Source: a bacterium
Lineage (GTDB): Bacteria > Vulcanimicrobiota > Xenobia > Xenobiales > Xenobiaceae
DNA: 64,000 nucleotides
Reading direction: 5' to 3'
NCBI GenBank assembly: GCA_022839105.1
Contig: JALHDH010000002.1
Coordinates: 8,943 to 72,942 of the forward strand
Shown: piece by piece, positions 53,559 to 63,012 of the stretch
Numbering within the stretch: position 1 is the first letter of the stretch
Layout of the letters: each line of letters opens with the position of its first letter
Notes under the pieces: generated by a model
Database searches by the model: none
Seen by the model: only the letters and a program-made list of their open reading frames with translations
What the model was told of the DNA's origin: nothing
Made by a program: the position numbers and the translations under genes

Positions 53559-54485
53559 ATGAAGAGTTCTGGTTTCGGCCGCTTGATGACCGCCATGGTG
53601 ACTCCCATGGGCCCGGAGGGGGAGGTCGATTTCGAACGGGCCGGCGAGCTGGCCTGTCGACTGGTCGCTCAGGGGACCGACAGCGTCGTGGTGTGCGGGA
53701 CCACCGGAGAGTCTCCGACCCTGTCGCACGACGAGAAACTCCGCCTTTTCCAGGTGGTCCGCCAGGCCATCCCGGGAACCCCCCTGGTGGCCGGAACCGG
53801 TTCGAACTGCACCCGCTCGACGGTGGAGTTCTCGAAGAAGGCTCAGGATTGCGGCGTGGACGCCCTGCTGGTGGTGGCTCCCTACTACAACAAGCCTCCC
53901 CAGGAAGGGCTGTATGCCCACTTCAAGGCCGTGGCCGAGGCGGTGGACCTGCCGATCGTCGTCTACAACATCCCCGGTCGGACCGGGGTCGAGATCTCTC
54001 CGGGGGTCCTGGCCCGGCTGGCGGAGATCCCGAACGTGGTGGCGGTCAAGCAATCCCTGCCCGGACTCGACCCCGTCAGCGTGCTCTCGGCCCGGTTGAA
54101 GGAGGTCCCGGCCCAGGTCAGCGGGCCCTGGACTCGTTCCGGTCGGGCCATGGAGATCTTCAGCGGGGATGATTCGGCCACCTTGCCGATGATGGCCGTC
54201 GGCGGGGTCGGCGTGGTCAGCGTCGCCTCCCACGTGGCCGGTCCGGCCATCCAGCAGATGATGCAGGCCTTCGTCGCGGGACGCGTGGAGGAGGCCACGG
54301 GCCTGCACCTCCGCCTGCTTCCGCTCTTCACCGCCCTCTTTGCCACCACCAACCCCATCCTGGTCAAGGCGGCCCTGGGCCTGCAGGGTTTCCCGGTCGG
54401 AGGAGTCCGCCTCCCCCTCCTGGAGGCCACCCCCGAGCAGCGGGAAACCCTGAGCCGGGTCATGGAGCAGGTGGGGGTCCTTTAA
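53559..54485 (+). CDS. dapA: 4-hydroxy-tetrahydrodipicolinate synthase
   Basis: Motifs are AMVTPMGPEGEVDF, VVVCGTTGESPTLS and the active-site K in VVAVKQS. Confidence 0.85.
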   Translation: MKSSGFGRLMTAMVTPMGPEGEVDFERAGELACRLVAQGTDSVVVCGTTGESPTLSHDEKLRLFQVVRQAIPGTPLVAGTGSNCTRSTVEFSKKAQDCGVDALLVVAPYYNKPPQEGLYAHFKAVAEAVDLPIVVYNIPGRTGVEISPGVLARLAEIPNVVAVKQSLPGLDPVSVLSARLKEVPAQVSGPWTRSGRAMEIFSGDDSATLPMMAVGGVGVVSVASHVAGPAIQQMMQAFVAGRVEEATGLHLRLLPLFTALFATTNPILVKAALGLQGFPVGGVRLPLLEATPEQRETLSRVMEQVGVL

Positions 54486-54489
54486 AAAC

Positions 54490-55773
54490 TTGCAGGTCCT
54501 GGTCCACCCCGAAGCCTCGCCCTGGCAGCTCCGGCTCTCGGTCCCCGGCGACAAGTCCCTGAGCCACCGGGCCCTGATCCTGGCGGCCATGGCCCGAGGG
54601 GAGAGCTTTCTTGGAGGCCTCTCCGAATCCCGGGACGTCCGCACCACCCTTCGGTGCCTCCAGGCCCTGGGGGCGCGGATCCGCCCTCAGGCCGACGGCC
54701 GGGTCGTCTCGGGTTGGGGGCCGGCCGGTCCGCTCGAGCCGGGGAAGGTGCTGGACTGCGGAGGCTCGGGAACCACCCTTCGGCTGCTGGCCGGGGTTCT
54801 CGCGGCCGGACGGGGCCTGGCCGTCCTGAGCGGGGATTCCTCCTTGCGCCGGCGGCCCATGGCCCGCATCGTGGATCCCCTGGTCCGCATGGGAGCCAGG
54901 ATCTGGGGGAGGGCCGGTGGACGGCTGGCTCCGCTGGCGCTGCAGGGAGGTCCGCTGGGCGACTTGTCCTGGCAGCTCCCGGTGGCCAGTGCACAGGTGA
55001 AGTCCTGCCTCCTGCTGGCGGGCCTCCAGGCCGGGGTCCGGGTTGAATTGCGCGAGCCGCTGCCCAGCCGGGACCACACCGAGAGGATGCTGAAGGCCCT
55101 GGGGGTGCCCCTGGAGTGTTCCGGCGGGACCCTCCGCCTGGTCGGGGTGGCCGAGTTGCCGGGCTTTCGCCTTTCCGTTCCCGGCGACCCTTCCTCGGCC
55201 GCCTTCCTGGTTGCGGCGGCGGTGATGAACCCCGGTGCCAGGGTCCGGATCGAAGGGGTCTGCCTGAATCCCGGCCGCCTGGGCTTCTTTGAGATCCTGC
55301 GGCGGATGGGGGGGCGGGTGCGCTGGGAGGTGACCGGTTCGGAACTCGGCGAGCCGGTGGGATGGATCGAGGCCGCGGGATCCGAGTTGCGGGGCCTGGA
55401 GGTCGGCGCCGGCGAGGTGCCCGCCGCCCTGGACGAGCTTCCCCTGCTGGCCGTGGTGGCCACCCGGGGCGCCGGCCGGACCCGGGTCTCGGGTGCTGGT
55501 GAGCTGCGCCGCAAGGAGAGCGATCGGATTGGCTGCCTGGTGGGCGAGCTGCAGCGGATGGGGGCTCGAATCCGCGAGCAGGAAGAGGGTTTCGAGGTGG
55601 AAGGGCCCGTCCGGCTGGCCGGGGGGACGGTGCGCTGCCACCGGGACCATCGCCTGGAGATGAGCCTGGCCGTGGCCGCGCTGAGCGCCTCCGGCCCCAC
55701 CCGGCTTCTGGGGGCCGGTTTCAGCGAGGTCTCCTTCCCGGGGTTCTGGGACCTGCTTCCGGGGCACCGTTGA
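54490..55773 (+). CDS. aroA: 3-phosphoshikimate 1-carboxyvinyltransferase (EPSP synthase)
   Basis: TTG start. Motifs are VPGDKSLSHRALILAA, DCGGSGTTLRLL and RRKESDRI. Confidence 0.9.
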   Translation: MQVLVHPEASPWQLRLSVPGDKSLSHRALILAAMARGESFLGGLSESRDVRTTLRCLQALGARIRPQADGRVVSGWGPAGPLEPGKVLDCGGSGTTLRLLAGVLAAGRGLAVLSGDSSLRRRPMARIVDPLVRMGARIWGRAGGRLAPLALQGGPLGDLSWQLPVASAQVKSCLLLAGLQAGVRVELREPLPSRDHTERMLKALGVPLECSGGTLRLVGVAELPGFRLSVPGDPSSAAFLVAAAVMNPGARVRIEGVCLNPGRLGFFEILRRMGGRVRWEVTGSELGEPVGWIEAAGSELRGLEVGAGEVPAALDELPLLAVVATRGAGRTRVSGAGELRRKESDRIGCLVGELQRMGARIREQEEGFEVEGPVRLAGGTVRCHRDHRLEMSLAVAALSASGPTRLLGAGFSEVSFPGFWDLLPGHR

Positions 55774-56609
55774 TCGGCCCGGGAACCCGCAGCGCATGGA
55801 TCCTGGGGTCGCCGCTGGGGCAGACCCTCTCCCCGGCGATGCACAACGCGGCCTATCGCGCGCTGGGGCTGGATCTGGTCTATCTCCCCGCCCCGCTGGA
55901 CCCCGGGGCCCTGCGGCCCGCCCTGGAAGCCCTCCCTCTGCTGGGCGCGGTGGGTTGCAACCTGACCTTGCCCTTCAAGCAGGAGGCCATGGGCCTGATG
56001 ACCCGCCTGGACCCTTCGGCCGCCGAGGTGGGGGCGATCAACACCGTCCGCTTCGAGGGGCGGGAGCGGGTGGGCTACAACACCGACGTCCTGGGCTGGC
56101 TCCGTTCCTGGGACGAGGAGGTGGGCGAACCCCTGGAGGGGCGCAGCGTCCTGCTCCTGGGGGCGGGCGGGGCGGCCCGGGCCGTCTTCCGGGCCCTGTG
56201 CTCGCGTCGGGTTTCCCGGATCCGGGTCTTGAATCGCGACCCGGAGAGGGCGCGTCGTCTGGTGGAGAGCCTGGGCACGTCCGAGGTGCCCGCCTCGATC
56301 GGCCCGGCCGAGCTCGAGCCGGGGATGGTGGTCGTCCAGGCCACTCCACTGGGCATGGTTCCGGGGATCGGAGAGACCCGCCTGGACTGGCCCGAACGGA
56401 TTCCCCCCGGAGTGGTCGCCTGCGACCTGGTCTACCGACCCCGGCAGACCCGATTCCTGCGGGAGGCCAGCGAGAGGGGGATCCGCACCCTGGGAGGCCT
56501 GGGCATGCTGGTCCATCAGGCCGTCGCGGCCATCGAGATCTTCACGGGGAAAAGCCCGTGCCCGGATCTGCTGCGCCGGGTCGCCGAGGAGGAACTGGAC
56601 CGGGATTGA
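55770..56609 (+). CDS. aroE: Shikimate dehydrogenase
   Basis: TTGA overlap with the aroA stop. Motifs are ILGSPLGQTLSPAMHNAAYRALGLD, NLTLPFK, GAINT and LLGAGGAARAV. Confidence 0.8.
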   Translation: MIGPGTRSAWILGSPLGQTLSPAMHNAAYRALGLDLVYLPAPLDPGALRPALEALPLLGAVGCNLTLPFKQEAMGLMTRLDPSAAEVGAINTVRFEGRERVGYNTDVLGWLRSWDEEVGEPLEGRSVLLLGAGGAARAVFRALCSRRVSRIRVLNRDPERARRLVESLGTSEVPASIGPAELEPGMVVVQATPLGMVPGIGETRLDWPERIPPGVVACDLVYRPRQTRFLREASERGIRTLGGLGMLVHQAVAAIEIFTGKSPCPDLLRRVAEEELDRD

Positions 56610-56635
56610 GCCGTCCGGTTCCTTTCCGGACACGC

Positions 56636-57193
56636 TCAGCTCAGATCGATGTACTGCTCCTGGAGTCGATCCAGGATGCGTTGACGGGTCTTGAGCAGAT
56701 CGCCGATCTTGCGGGCCGTCTCCATGGGGGTCAGTTCGGTGGTGTCGATGCGGATCTTGATGCGGTCGAAGACGGCCGTGCGCTCGGCCAGGATGCGGTC
56801 CACCTTGGCGGGCACGTCGCCGCCTTGCAGCAGGGGACGCCGGTCGCTGCGCTCCAGGCGCTGGATCAGGTCTTCCCGGCGGGTGTACAGGCAGACCAGC
56901 AGTCCGGTGGACTGGAAGGCCGCAAAGACCTCGGGGTCCATCAGGGTTCCGCCGCCCGTGGCCACCACCCGATTGGCCGTCTGGGCCATCTCCAGGGCCA
57001 GCTCCCTCTCCTGCTCGCGAAACCAGGCCTCGCCATGCTCTTCGAAGATCCGCGGGATGGGCATGCCCAGGCGGAACTCCAGCTCCAGGTCCAGGTCGAC
57101 GAACTTGCGCCCCATGACCCGGGCCAGTTCCCGACCCACGGTGCTCTTGCCGGTCCCCATGAACCCCGCCAGGTAGATGTTGCGTTGCCCCAT
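56636..57193 (-). CDS. aroK: Shikimate kinase
   Basis: Motifs IYLAGFMGTGKSTVGRELA and VVATGGG. Confidence 0.85.
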   Translation of the reverse strand: MGQRNIYLAGFMGTGKSTVGRELARVMGRKFVDLDLELEFRLGMPIPRIFEEHGEAWFREQERELALEMAQTANRVVATGGGTLMDPEVFAAFQSTGLLVCLYTRREDLIQRLERSDRRPLLQGGDVPAKVDRILAERTAVFDRIKIRIDTTELTPMETARKIGDLLKTRQRILDRLQEQYIDLS

Positions 57194-57324
57194 GGGCCTT
57201 GAGGTTTGGGGTCCAAAGGCCCACTCCTCCCGGCCTCGCGCCTGGAATTCTCCCCGAAGCCTCCTTCAGTCCGAGGATGCATCCCGCCTGTTACATGCAT
57301 TTAAAGGATGGTTCCTCGGTTTCG

Positions 57325-57333
57325 TGCTAGAAT
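57325..57333 (+). promoter_or_regulatory. Extended -10 promoter element (TGcTAGAAT) in an AT-rich spacer upstream of the response-regulator gene
   Basis: Seen directly. It is the only AT-rich stretch for several kb. A matching -35 is not evident. Confidence 0.3.
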
Positions 57334-57355
57334 CAGGCCGAGTCTTTCTTTGTTT

Positions 57356-58399
57356 ATGTCCATGTTGCGAGCCGATGATCTGATGTTCGAGAATCGGGAC
57401 GGGGGCGCGGCCCTGGTCCTGGTCGCCGACGACGAGCCCTACAATCTCGACCTCCTGGATCGGATCCTCAAGCGGGCCGGCTATCGCGTGGTCACCGCCG
57501 CGACCGGGGCCGAGGCCCTCGAGAAGGCCCATCAGACCCATCCCGACATCGTGCTCCTGGACATCATGATGCCCCGGATGACGGGCTATGACGTCTGCAA
57601 GGAGATCAAGGCCGATCCGGCCACGATCTTCACGCCGGTCGTCCTCTTGACGGCCGTGGCCGACACCGAGGACAAGATCAAGAGTCTGGACGTCGGGGCG
57701 GACGATCTCCTTTCCAAGCCGATCAGCCGGGTCGAGCTCCTGGCGCGGGTGCGCTCGCTGCTGCGCATGAAGGACCTGATCGAGGAGAAGCGTCGCGAAG
57801 ACCTCGAGAGGGCCCGCCTGGAGAACGAGCTCGAGATGGAACGTTTCCGTCGCGAGGAGGAGGTTCGCCGGCGGGCCTTCTACAAGGAGGTCATCTTCGC
57901 GGTCACCAGCGGGCGCCTGCTTCTGACCGAGAAGGACGAGATGGACCAGATTCTCGAGCAGCGCTTCAAGCCTTCCCAGACCGTCGAGCTGCTCAACGCC
58001 CGCTCGGTCAGCGCCGCGCGCAAGGTCGCCGAGCATGCGGGCGCGGCCTTCGGCCTGTCTGAAGACAACCTCCACGATGTCGTCCTGTGCGTCTCCGAGG
58101 CGGCCACCAATGCGATCAAGCACGCTTCCTATGGCACCATGCAGGTGGGCACCGAGAAGGATCGCCTGCTGATCCTCTTCCAGGACAACGGGCCGGGAAT
58201 CGATGCCTCCACCCTTCCTCGGGCCACCTTGATGAAGGGTTACTCCACCAAGGTCTCGCTGGGCTTCGGTTTCACCATCCTGATGGAGCTTCTCGACCGG
58301 GTCACCCTGCAGACCTGTCCCGAGGGGACCCGTCTGCTGCTGGAGAAGAGCCTCGTCGATGCCGACGCCGACATGGAGGACGTCCTGGCGCGCCTGTGA
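57356..58399 (+). CDS. Response regulator with receiver domain, coiled coil and an RsbW/SpoIIAB-like GHKL (HATPase_c_2) output domain
   Basis: Receiver blocks are ALVLVADDEPYN, VLLDIMMPRMTGYDV, LLTAVAD and the K in LSKP. The GHKL output is VVLCVSEAATNAIKHAS...LFQDNGPGID...GFGFTIL. Confidence 0.7.
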   Translation: MSMLRADDLMFENRDGGAALVLVADDEPYNLDLLDRILKRAGYRVVTAATGAEALEKAHQTHPDIVLLDIMMPRMTGYDVCKEIKADPATIFTPVVLLTAVADTEDKIKSLDVGADDLLSKPISRVELLARVRSLLRMKDLIEEKRREDLERARLENELEMERFRREEEVRRRAFYKEVIFAVTSGRLLLTEKDEMDQILEQRFKPSQTVELLNARSVSAARKVAEHAGAAFGLSEDNLHDVVLCVSEAATNAIKHASYGTMQVGTEKDRLLILFQDNGPGIDASTLPRATLMKGYSTKVSLGFGFTILMELLDRVTLQTCPEGTRLLLEKSLVDADADMEDVLARL

Positions 58400-59496
58400 A
58401 CCCGGCCTGCCCTGAGCTTTCCCCCTTCCTCCTGGAGGCCGGCCTTCTGGACCGGGCCGGTGCCTTGCTGAGCCGCGAGGGGTTCGGGCGCTGCGTGCTG
58501 CTGACCGATCAGAACGTGGCCCAGGCCTGGAGGCCCACCCTTCAGGCCGGGCTCTCGCCCCTGCGCCAGGACTGGATCGTGTTGCCGGCAGGCGAGGAAT
58601 CCAAGACCCTGGACCGCGTGCGCGAAGTCTACGGTCGGTTGCTCGGGCTCGAGGTGGATCGTCAGACTCCGATCCTGGCCCTTGGCGGCGGGGTGGTGGG
58701 GGACCTGGCGGGTTTCGTGGCGGCAACCTGGCTTCGGGGGGTTCCCTTCTTCCAGTTGCCCACCACCCTGGTGGCGATGATCGACTCGGCGCATGGGGGC
58801 AAGACCGGAGTCGACCTTCCCGAGGGCAAGAACCTGGTCGGCGCCTGGCATCCGGCCCGAGCCATCTGGGCTGATCTGCGGACGCTGCGAACCCTGCCTC
58901 GGCGCGAGTGGGCTGGCGGGATGGTGGAGGCCCTCAAGGTGGCCCTCCTGGCGTCGGGGGATCTCCTGGCTCACCTCGAGATTCTCGGGCAGGCTCCCGA
59001 TCCGGGGCTCTTCCCGGAACCGGCGATCCGGGAGCTGGTCCTGCGGGCCGCCGGGATCAAGCGCGCGATCGTCGGACGCGATCCCCGGGAATCCGGCGAG
59101 CGGGCCCTGCTGAACCTGGGGCACACCCTGGGGCACGCCCTGGAGAGCGCCGGAGGCTACCGGGGATTCACCCACGGCGAGGCCGTCGGCCTGGGTCTGC
59201 TGGCCGCCCTTCGCCTGTCCGGGAACCGGGGCCTCCTCGCCGAGGCCTCGGACCTGCCGGGTCGGGTCGAAGCGCTGCTGGCGGCATGGGATCTGCCCCG
59301 GGTCCTCCCCGGGTCCTTGCGATGGGAGGTCGTGGCTGCGGGGCTGCGCCGGGACAAGAAGAGACGGGCGGGACGGCTGGTCTTCGTGTTGCCTGTCGGG
59401 TTGGGCCGCGCGGAGATCCTCGAGGTGGAGGAGGCCGAAGTCCGCCAGGTCTTCGAAGAACTCAGGGCATCCGAAGGGAGTCTCGAACTTGGCTGA
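58396..59496 (+). CDS. aroB: 3-dehydroquinate synthase
   Basis: GTGA overlap with the upstream stop. Motifs are ALGGGVVGDLAGFVAATWLRGVPFFQLPTTLVAMIDSAHGGKTGVD, HTLGHALE and GEAVGLG. Confidence 0.85.
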   Translation: MNPACPELSPFLLEAGLLDRAGALLSREGFGRCVLLTDQNVAQAWRPTLQAGLSPLRQDWIVLPAGEESKTLDRVREVYGRLLGLEVDRQTPILALGGGVVGDLAGFVAATWLRGVPFFQLPTTLVAMIDSAHGGKTGVDLPEGKNLVGAWHPARAIWADLRTLRTLPRREWAGGMVEALKVALLASGDLLAHLEILGQAPDPGLFPEPAIRELVLRAAGIKRAIVGRDPRESGERALLNLGHTLGHALESAGGYRGFTHGEAVGLGLLAALRLSGNRGLLAEASDLPGRVEALLAAWDLPRVLPGSLRWEVVAAGLRRDKKRRAGRLVFVLPVGLGRAEILEVEEAEVRQVFEELRASEGSLELG

Positions 59497-60046
59497 ACGC
59501 TTGCGGGTCCTGGTCCTGCAGGGGCCCAACATGAACCTTCTGGGGCAACGCGAACCCCAGGTCTACGGTGCTTTCTCCAGCGGCGAACTGGATGGGCAGA
59601 TCCGGGCCTGGGCCGAGGAGCTGAACCTGGAAGCGACGCTGGTTCAGACCAATTCGGAAGGGGAACTCCTGGACCTGGTGCACTCGGCTCCGGGTCGCTA
59701 CGAGTTTCTCGTGCTCAACCCCGGCGCGCTGACCCACACATCGCTTGCGCTCCGGGATGCCCTGGCCGGAATCCCGGTGCCCGCCCTGGAGGTCCATCTC
59801 TCGAACATCCACGCCCGGGAGGAGTGGAGGCGCCACTCCTGGATCAGTCCCGTCTGCCGCGGGATCCTGGTCGGTTTGGGGCCGCTGGGGTACCGCCTGG
59901 CCATGGAGGCCGGCCTGGTCATGGCAGGGGGGCGAAACCCGGCCCTTCCATCCGGGTCCAACCCCTCACCGGAGTCGATCCCTTGTCCTGGTGCTCGGGG
60001 ACTAGTCCGACAGACCCTCGACAGGCAGCCTGGAGAAGTGGGATGA
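59489..60046 (+). CDS. aroQ: Type II 3-dehydroquinate dehydratase with a ~35-aa C-terminal extension
   Basis: TTG start (alternative at 59501). Motifs are VLVLQGPNMNLLGQREPQVYG and HLSNIHAREEWRRHSWIS. Confidence 0.75.
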   Translation: MAERLRVLVLQGPNMNLLGQREPQVYGAFSSGELDGQIRAWAEELNLEATLVQTNSEGELLDLVHSAPGRYEFLVLNPGALTHTSLALRDALAGIPVPALEVHLSNIHAREEWRRHSWISPVCRGILVGLGPLGYRLAMEAGLVMAGGRNPALPSGSNPSPESIPCPGARGLVRQTLDRQPGEVG

Positions 60047-60084
60047 TGGGTCGAATCCGGCCAAGTCTTCCTGGAGGTCCCGTC

Positions 60085-60648
60085 TTGACTCATCTTCCCC
60101 GTCCCTGTCGTCTTCTGCTGGTTTTCGCCCTGGCCTGGCTGATGGCCCTGCCCGCCCTGGCGGCACCCGGACAGCCCGGCGCCAGGCCGTCTCCCGCTCC
60201 AGCCGCGGACCACCCTGCCTCCGGCTTGAAGATCGGCCAGGACGTGATCCGCCCGGGCGAGGTCCTGCCCATGGTCTTCGGGATTGTCGGCCCTCCGGAT
60301 CAGGTCCGCGCCATGCGCTCCAAGAAGGAGGCCGATGACTACGTCATGTTCTCCTACTTCACGCAGGGGTTCTCGCTGGACATCAACCAGAAGAACGTGG
60401 TGCAGGGGATCCTGGTCGAGAACCGCGAGGTCGACGTCTCGGGCGTCCCCTTCCACGTGGGCGACTCCAAGGAGGCCGTCCTCAAGGCCTGGGGCGAGCC
60501 CGACCGCACCCAGAGCAAGGTGATGGCCTATTGGCATCGGGGGGTCTACGTCAGTTGCGACGAGTCCGGCAGGGTGATCAACCTCTTCCTGACGGCCCCC
60601 GGCCGCGTCGAGAAGCCGGATGAGGGGCGCGCTCCTGTCGGCGGGTAG
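60085..60648 (+). CDS. Secreted hypothetical protein (BamE/SmpA-like fold possible)
   Basis: TTG start with GGAGG 7 nt upstream gives the signal peptide M-THLPRPCRLLLVFALAWLMALPALAAPG. ATG alternatives lie at 60043 and 60046. Confidence 0.45.
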   Translation: MTHLPRPCRLLLVFALAWLMALPALAAPGQPGARPSPAPAADHPASGLKIGQDVIRPGEVLPMVFGIVGPPDQVRAMRSKKEADDYVMFSYFTQGFSLDINQKNVVQGILVENREVDVSGVPFHVGDSKEAVLKAWGEPDRTQSKVMAYWHRGVYVSCDESGRVINLFLTAPGRVEKPDEGRAPVGG

Positions 60649-61555
60649 AGCTCCTGCGGGGTTCCTGAACCTCCTCAAGCCTCCCGGAATGACCTCCCAC
60701 GACGTGGTGGCCTTCGTGCGCCGTCAGGTCGCAGGAGCCAAGGTCGGACACCTGGGGACCCTGGATCCTGGGGCCGCCGGGGTCCTGCCCCTGGCCCTGG
60801 GAGCCGCCACGCGCACCCTGGAGTTCCTGCCCGCGGCTCGGAAGGCCTACCGGGCCGAGCTGACCTTCGGGGTCGAGACCGAAACCCTGGACGCCGCCGG
60901 CAGGGTCCTGGCCCGCCGCGATCCGGGGAACCTCGAGGTGGCCGACCTCGAGGCGGCCTGCGCTGCCTGGCGGGGCGTGGTGATGCAGGTGCCTCCGCGG
61001 GTCTCGGCCATCCGTCAGGCAGGCCGGCGCGGTTACGACCGCGTCCGTCAGGGTGAGGACTTCGAGTTGCCGCCCCGCCCGGCGGAGTATCATTCCGTGC
61101 GCCTGGTCCACCTGGAGGGAGCGGTGGCCCTGCTGGACGTGGAGTGCGGGCCGGGGACCTATATCCGGGCCCTGGCTCGAGACCTGGGGCAGGAACTGGG
61201 GTGCGGGGCGATGCTCTCCTTCTTGTTGCGCACCCGGAGCGGCCCCTTCCTGCTCGAGCACGCCCGGACCCTCGAGGAACTCCGCGCCGACGGGGTCCCG
61301 GCGCACCTGATCCCGGTCGGACAGGTGCTGGAGGCCTGCGGGATGCCTGCCCTGAGGGTGGAGGGCGTGGAATTGGGACGGGGGATGGAACTCCTGGCCT
61401 GGCGGGATGAGGAAACCCACCCCCCGGAGCCGGGAACCGTGGTCCGCCTCGTCGAAGGGGAGGGAAGGACCCTGGGGCTGGGCCGGGTTCTGGAGGAGCC
61501 GGCCCCCTTGCGCGTCCGGGTCCTGAGGCCCGTCTCGGAAGGAGGCGCCCCATGA
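60620..61555 (+). CDS. truB: tRNA pseudouridine(55) synthase
   Basis: Motifs FLNLLKPPGMTSHDVV, KVGHLGTLDPGAAGVLPLALGAATR and GTYIRALARD. Confidence 0.85.
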   Translation: MRGALLSAGRAPAGFLNLLKPPGMTSHDVVAFVRRQVAGAKVGHLGTLDPGAAGVLPLALGAATRTLEFLPAARKAYRAELTFGVETETLDAAGRVLARRDPGNLEVADLEAACAAWRGVVMQVPPRVSAIRQAGRRGYDRVRQGEDFELPPRPAEYHSVRLVHLEGAVALLDVECGPGTYIRALARDLGQELGCGAMLSFLLRTRSGPFLLEHARTLEELRADGVPAHLIPVGQVLEACGMPALRVEGVELGRGMELLAWRDEETHPPEPGTVVRLVEGEGRTLGLGRVLEEPAPLRVRVLRPVSEGGAP

Positions 61556-62406
61556 GCACCGTGATCTGGGCTTTGAGCCCGCACCCGCCGCTGCTGATCC
61601 CCGAGGTCGGCGGAGAGGCCCTCGAGCAGGTCCGCCAGACCCGCCAGAGCCTGGAAGAGGTCTGCCGGGCCGTGGCCCGGAGCCGCCCCGATCGGCTGGT
61701 CCTGATCACCCCCCACGGCCCGGTCCATCCCCAGGCCATCCCCCTCTTCATGGTGGATCGCCTTTCGGGAAACCTCGGCCGCTTCGGACACCCCGAGGTG
61801 ACCCTGGAGCTGGAGGTGGATCGCGAACTGTCTGCGGCCCTGCTCCAGGCGGCCGAGGCTCGCGGGGTCCGAATCTTGCCGCTGGACGAGTCCCTGGCCA
61901 CGAGCCGGCGACTCGTGCTGGAACTCGACCACGCCCTGATGGTGCCCCTGTACTACCTGAGGCGGGCCGGGGTCCGCGTTCCGGCGGTGGTCCTGAGCAT
62001 CTCCTGGTTGCCCGAGGAGGATCATGTCCGCCTGGGCGAGGCCCTGCGCGAGGTCCTGCGGGAGTCTCCCCACCGGGTGGCCGTGATGGCCTCGGGAGAC
62101 CTCTCCCACCGTCTCCTGGAAAGCGGCCCCTACGGCTTCGACGAGATGGGCCCCGTCTTCGATCGCCGGGTCCTGGAACTGCTTGAGAAGGCCGATGCTC
62201 CGGGAATCCTGGGGCTGCCGGAGGAACTGGTGGAGAGGGCCGGCCAGTGCGGGGTCCGTCCCATCCTGACCCTGCTGGGTTCGATCGAGCCCGGGGTCCG
62301 GGGGCGGGTCCATTCCTACGAGGGCCCCTTCGGAGTGGGCTATGCCGTGGTCGAATTCGCCCTTCCCGAAGAGTCCGGCGGGACCTCGACCCACACAGAC
62401 TCCTAG
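61552..62406 (+). CDS. Class III extradiol-dioxygenase-fold protein (MEMO1/LigB-like; AmmeMemoRadiSam component B candidate)
   Basis: ATGA overlap with truB. Motifs LITPHGP and VMASGDLSHRL. Confidence 0.55.
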   Translation: MSTVIWALSPHPPLLIPEVGGEALEQVRQTRQSLEEVCRAVARSRPDRLVLITPHGPVHPQAIPLFMVDRLSGNLGRFGHPEVTLELEVDRELSAALLQAAEARGVRILPLDESLATSRRLVLELDHALMVPLYYLRRAGVRVPAVVLSISWLPEEDHVRLGEALREVLRESPHRVAVMASGDLSHRLLESGPYGFDEMGPVFDRRVLELLEKADAPGILGLPEELVERAGQCGVRPILTLLGSIEPGVRGRVHSYEGPFGVGYAVVEFALPEESGGTSTHTDS

Positions 62407-62419
62407 AGGAGCCCGAACC

Positions 62420-62974
62420 ATGTCCCAAGAGCCCTCCCTGTCCGGAAGCACTCATCCCCTGGTGGACCTGGCGCGCCGCGCCGTGGAGGAGTTCGTGCGG
62501 CATGGCCGCCTCCTTGAGGCCCCCCGGTCCATCCCTGCCGAATTCCAGGCTCCCGCGGCAGCCTTCGTGACCCTCAAGAAGCACGAGCAGTTGCGCGGCT
62601 GCATCGGGACCCTGTCCCCCACGTGCTCCAATCCGTTCCAGGAGGTGATCCAGAACGCCGTCTCGGCCTGTTCCCGGGATCCGCGCTTCCCCCCGGTCGA
62701 GCCCCAGGAATTGCCGCATCTGCGCTACCAGGTCTATCTGCTCAAGCCGTCCGAGCCGGTGGCCGGCCTGGGGGATCTCGACCCGCAGCGCTACGGGGTC
62801 ATCGTGCACAAGTCCGGCCGCAGGGGGGTGCTTCTGCCGGCGCTGGAGGGCATCGAGACGGCGGAGGTCCAGGTGGCCATCGCCTGCCGCAAGGCCGGGA
62901 TCGACCCGGCAGAGGGGCCTGAACTGGAGCGCTTCGAGGTCCTGACCTTCCAGGAGCCAGGCCAAGAACCTTGA
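62420..62974 (+). CDS. AMMECR1-domain protein (AmmeMemoRadiSam component A candidate)
   Basis: Motif LRGCIGT, conserved C in VSACSRDPRF, and GVLLP. Confidence 0.75.
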   Translation: MSQEPSLSGSTHPLVDLARRAVEEFVRHGRLLEAPRSIPAEFQAPAAAFVTLKKHEQLRGCIGTLSPTCSNPFQEVIQNAVSACSRDPRFPPVEPQELPHLRYQVYLLKPSEPVAGLGDLDPQRYGVIVHKSGRRGVLLPALEGIETAEVQVAIACRKAGIDPAEGPELERFEVLTFQEPGQEP

Positions 62975-63012
62975 GAAGCAGGTGGGCGTTGGGGCTGCGC
63001 CTCCGCTCCCAG

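Noticed and set aside
60040-60060. tRNA-like T-loop string GGGTCGAATCC
   Set aside because: No acceptor stem, anticodon arm or D-arm can be built around it. It lies in the aroQ/secreted-protein start-stop overlap.
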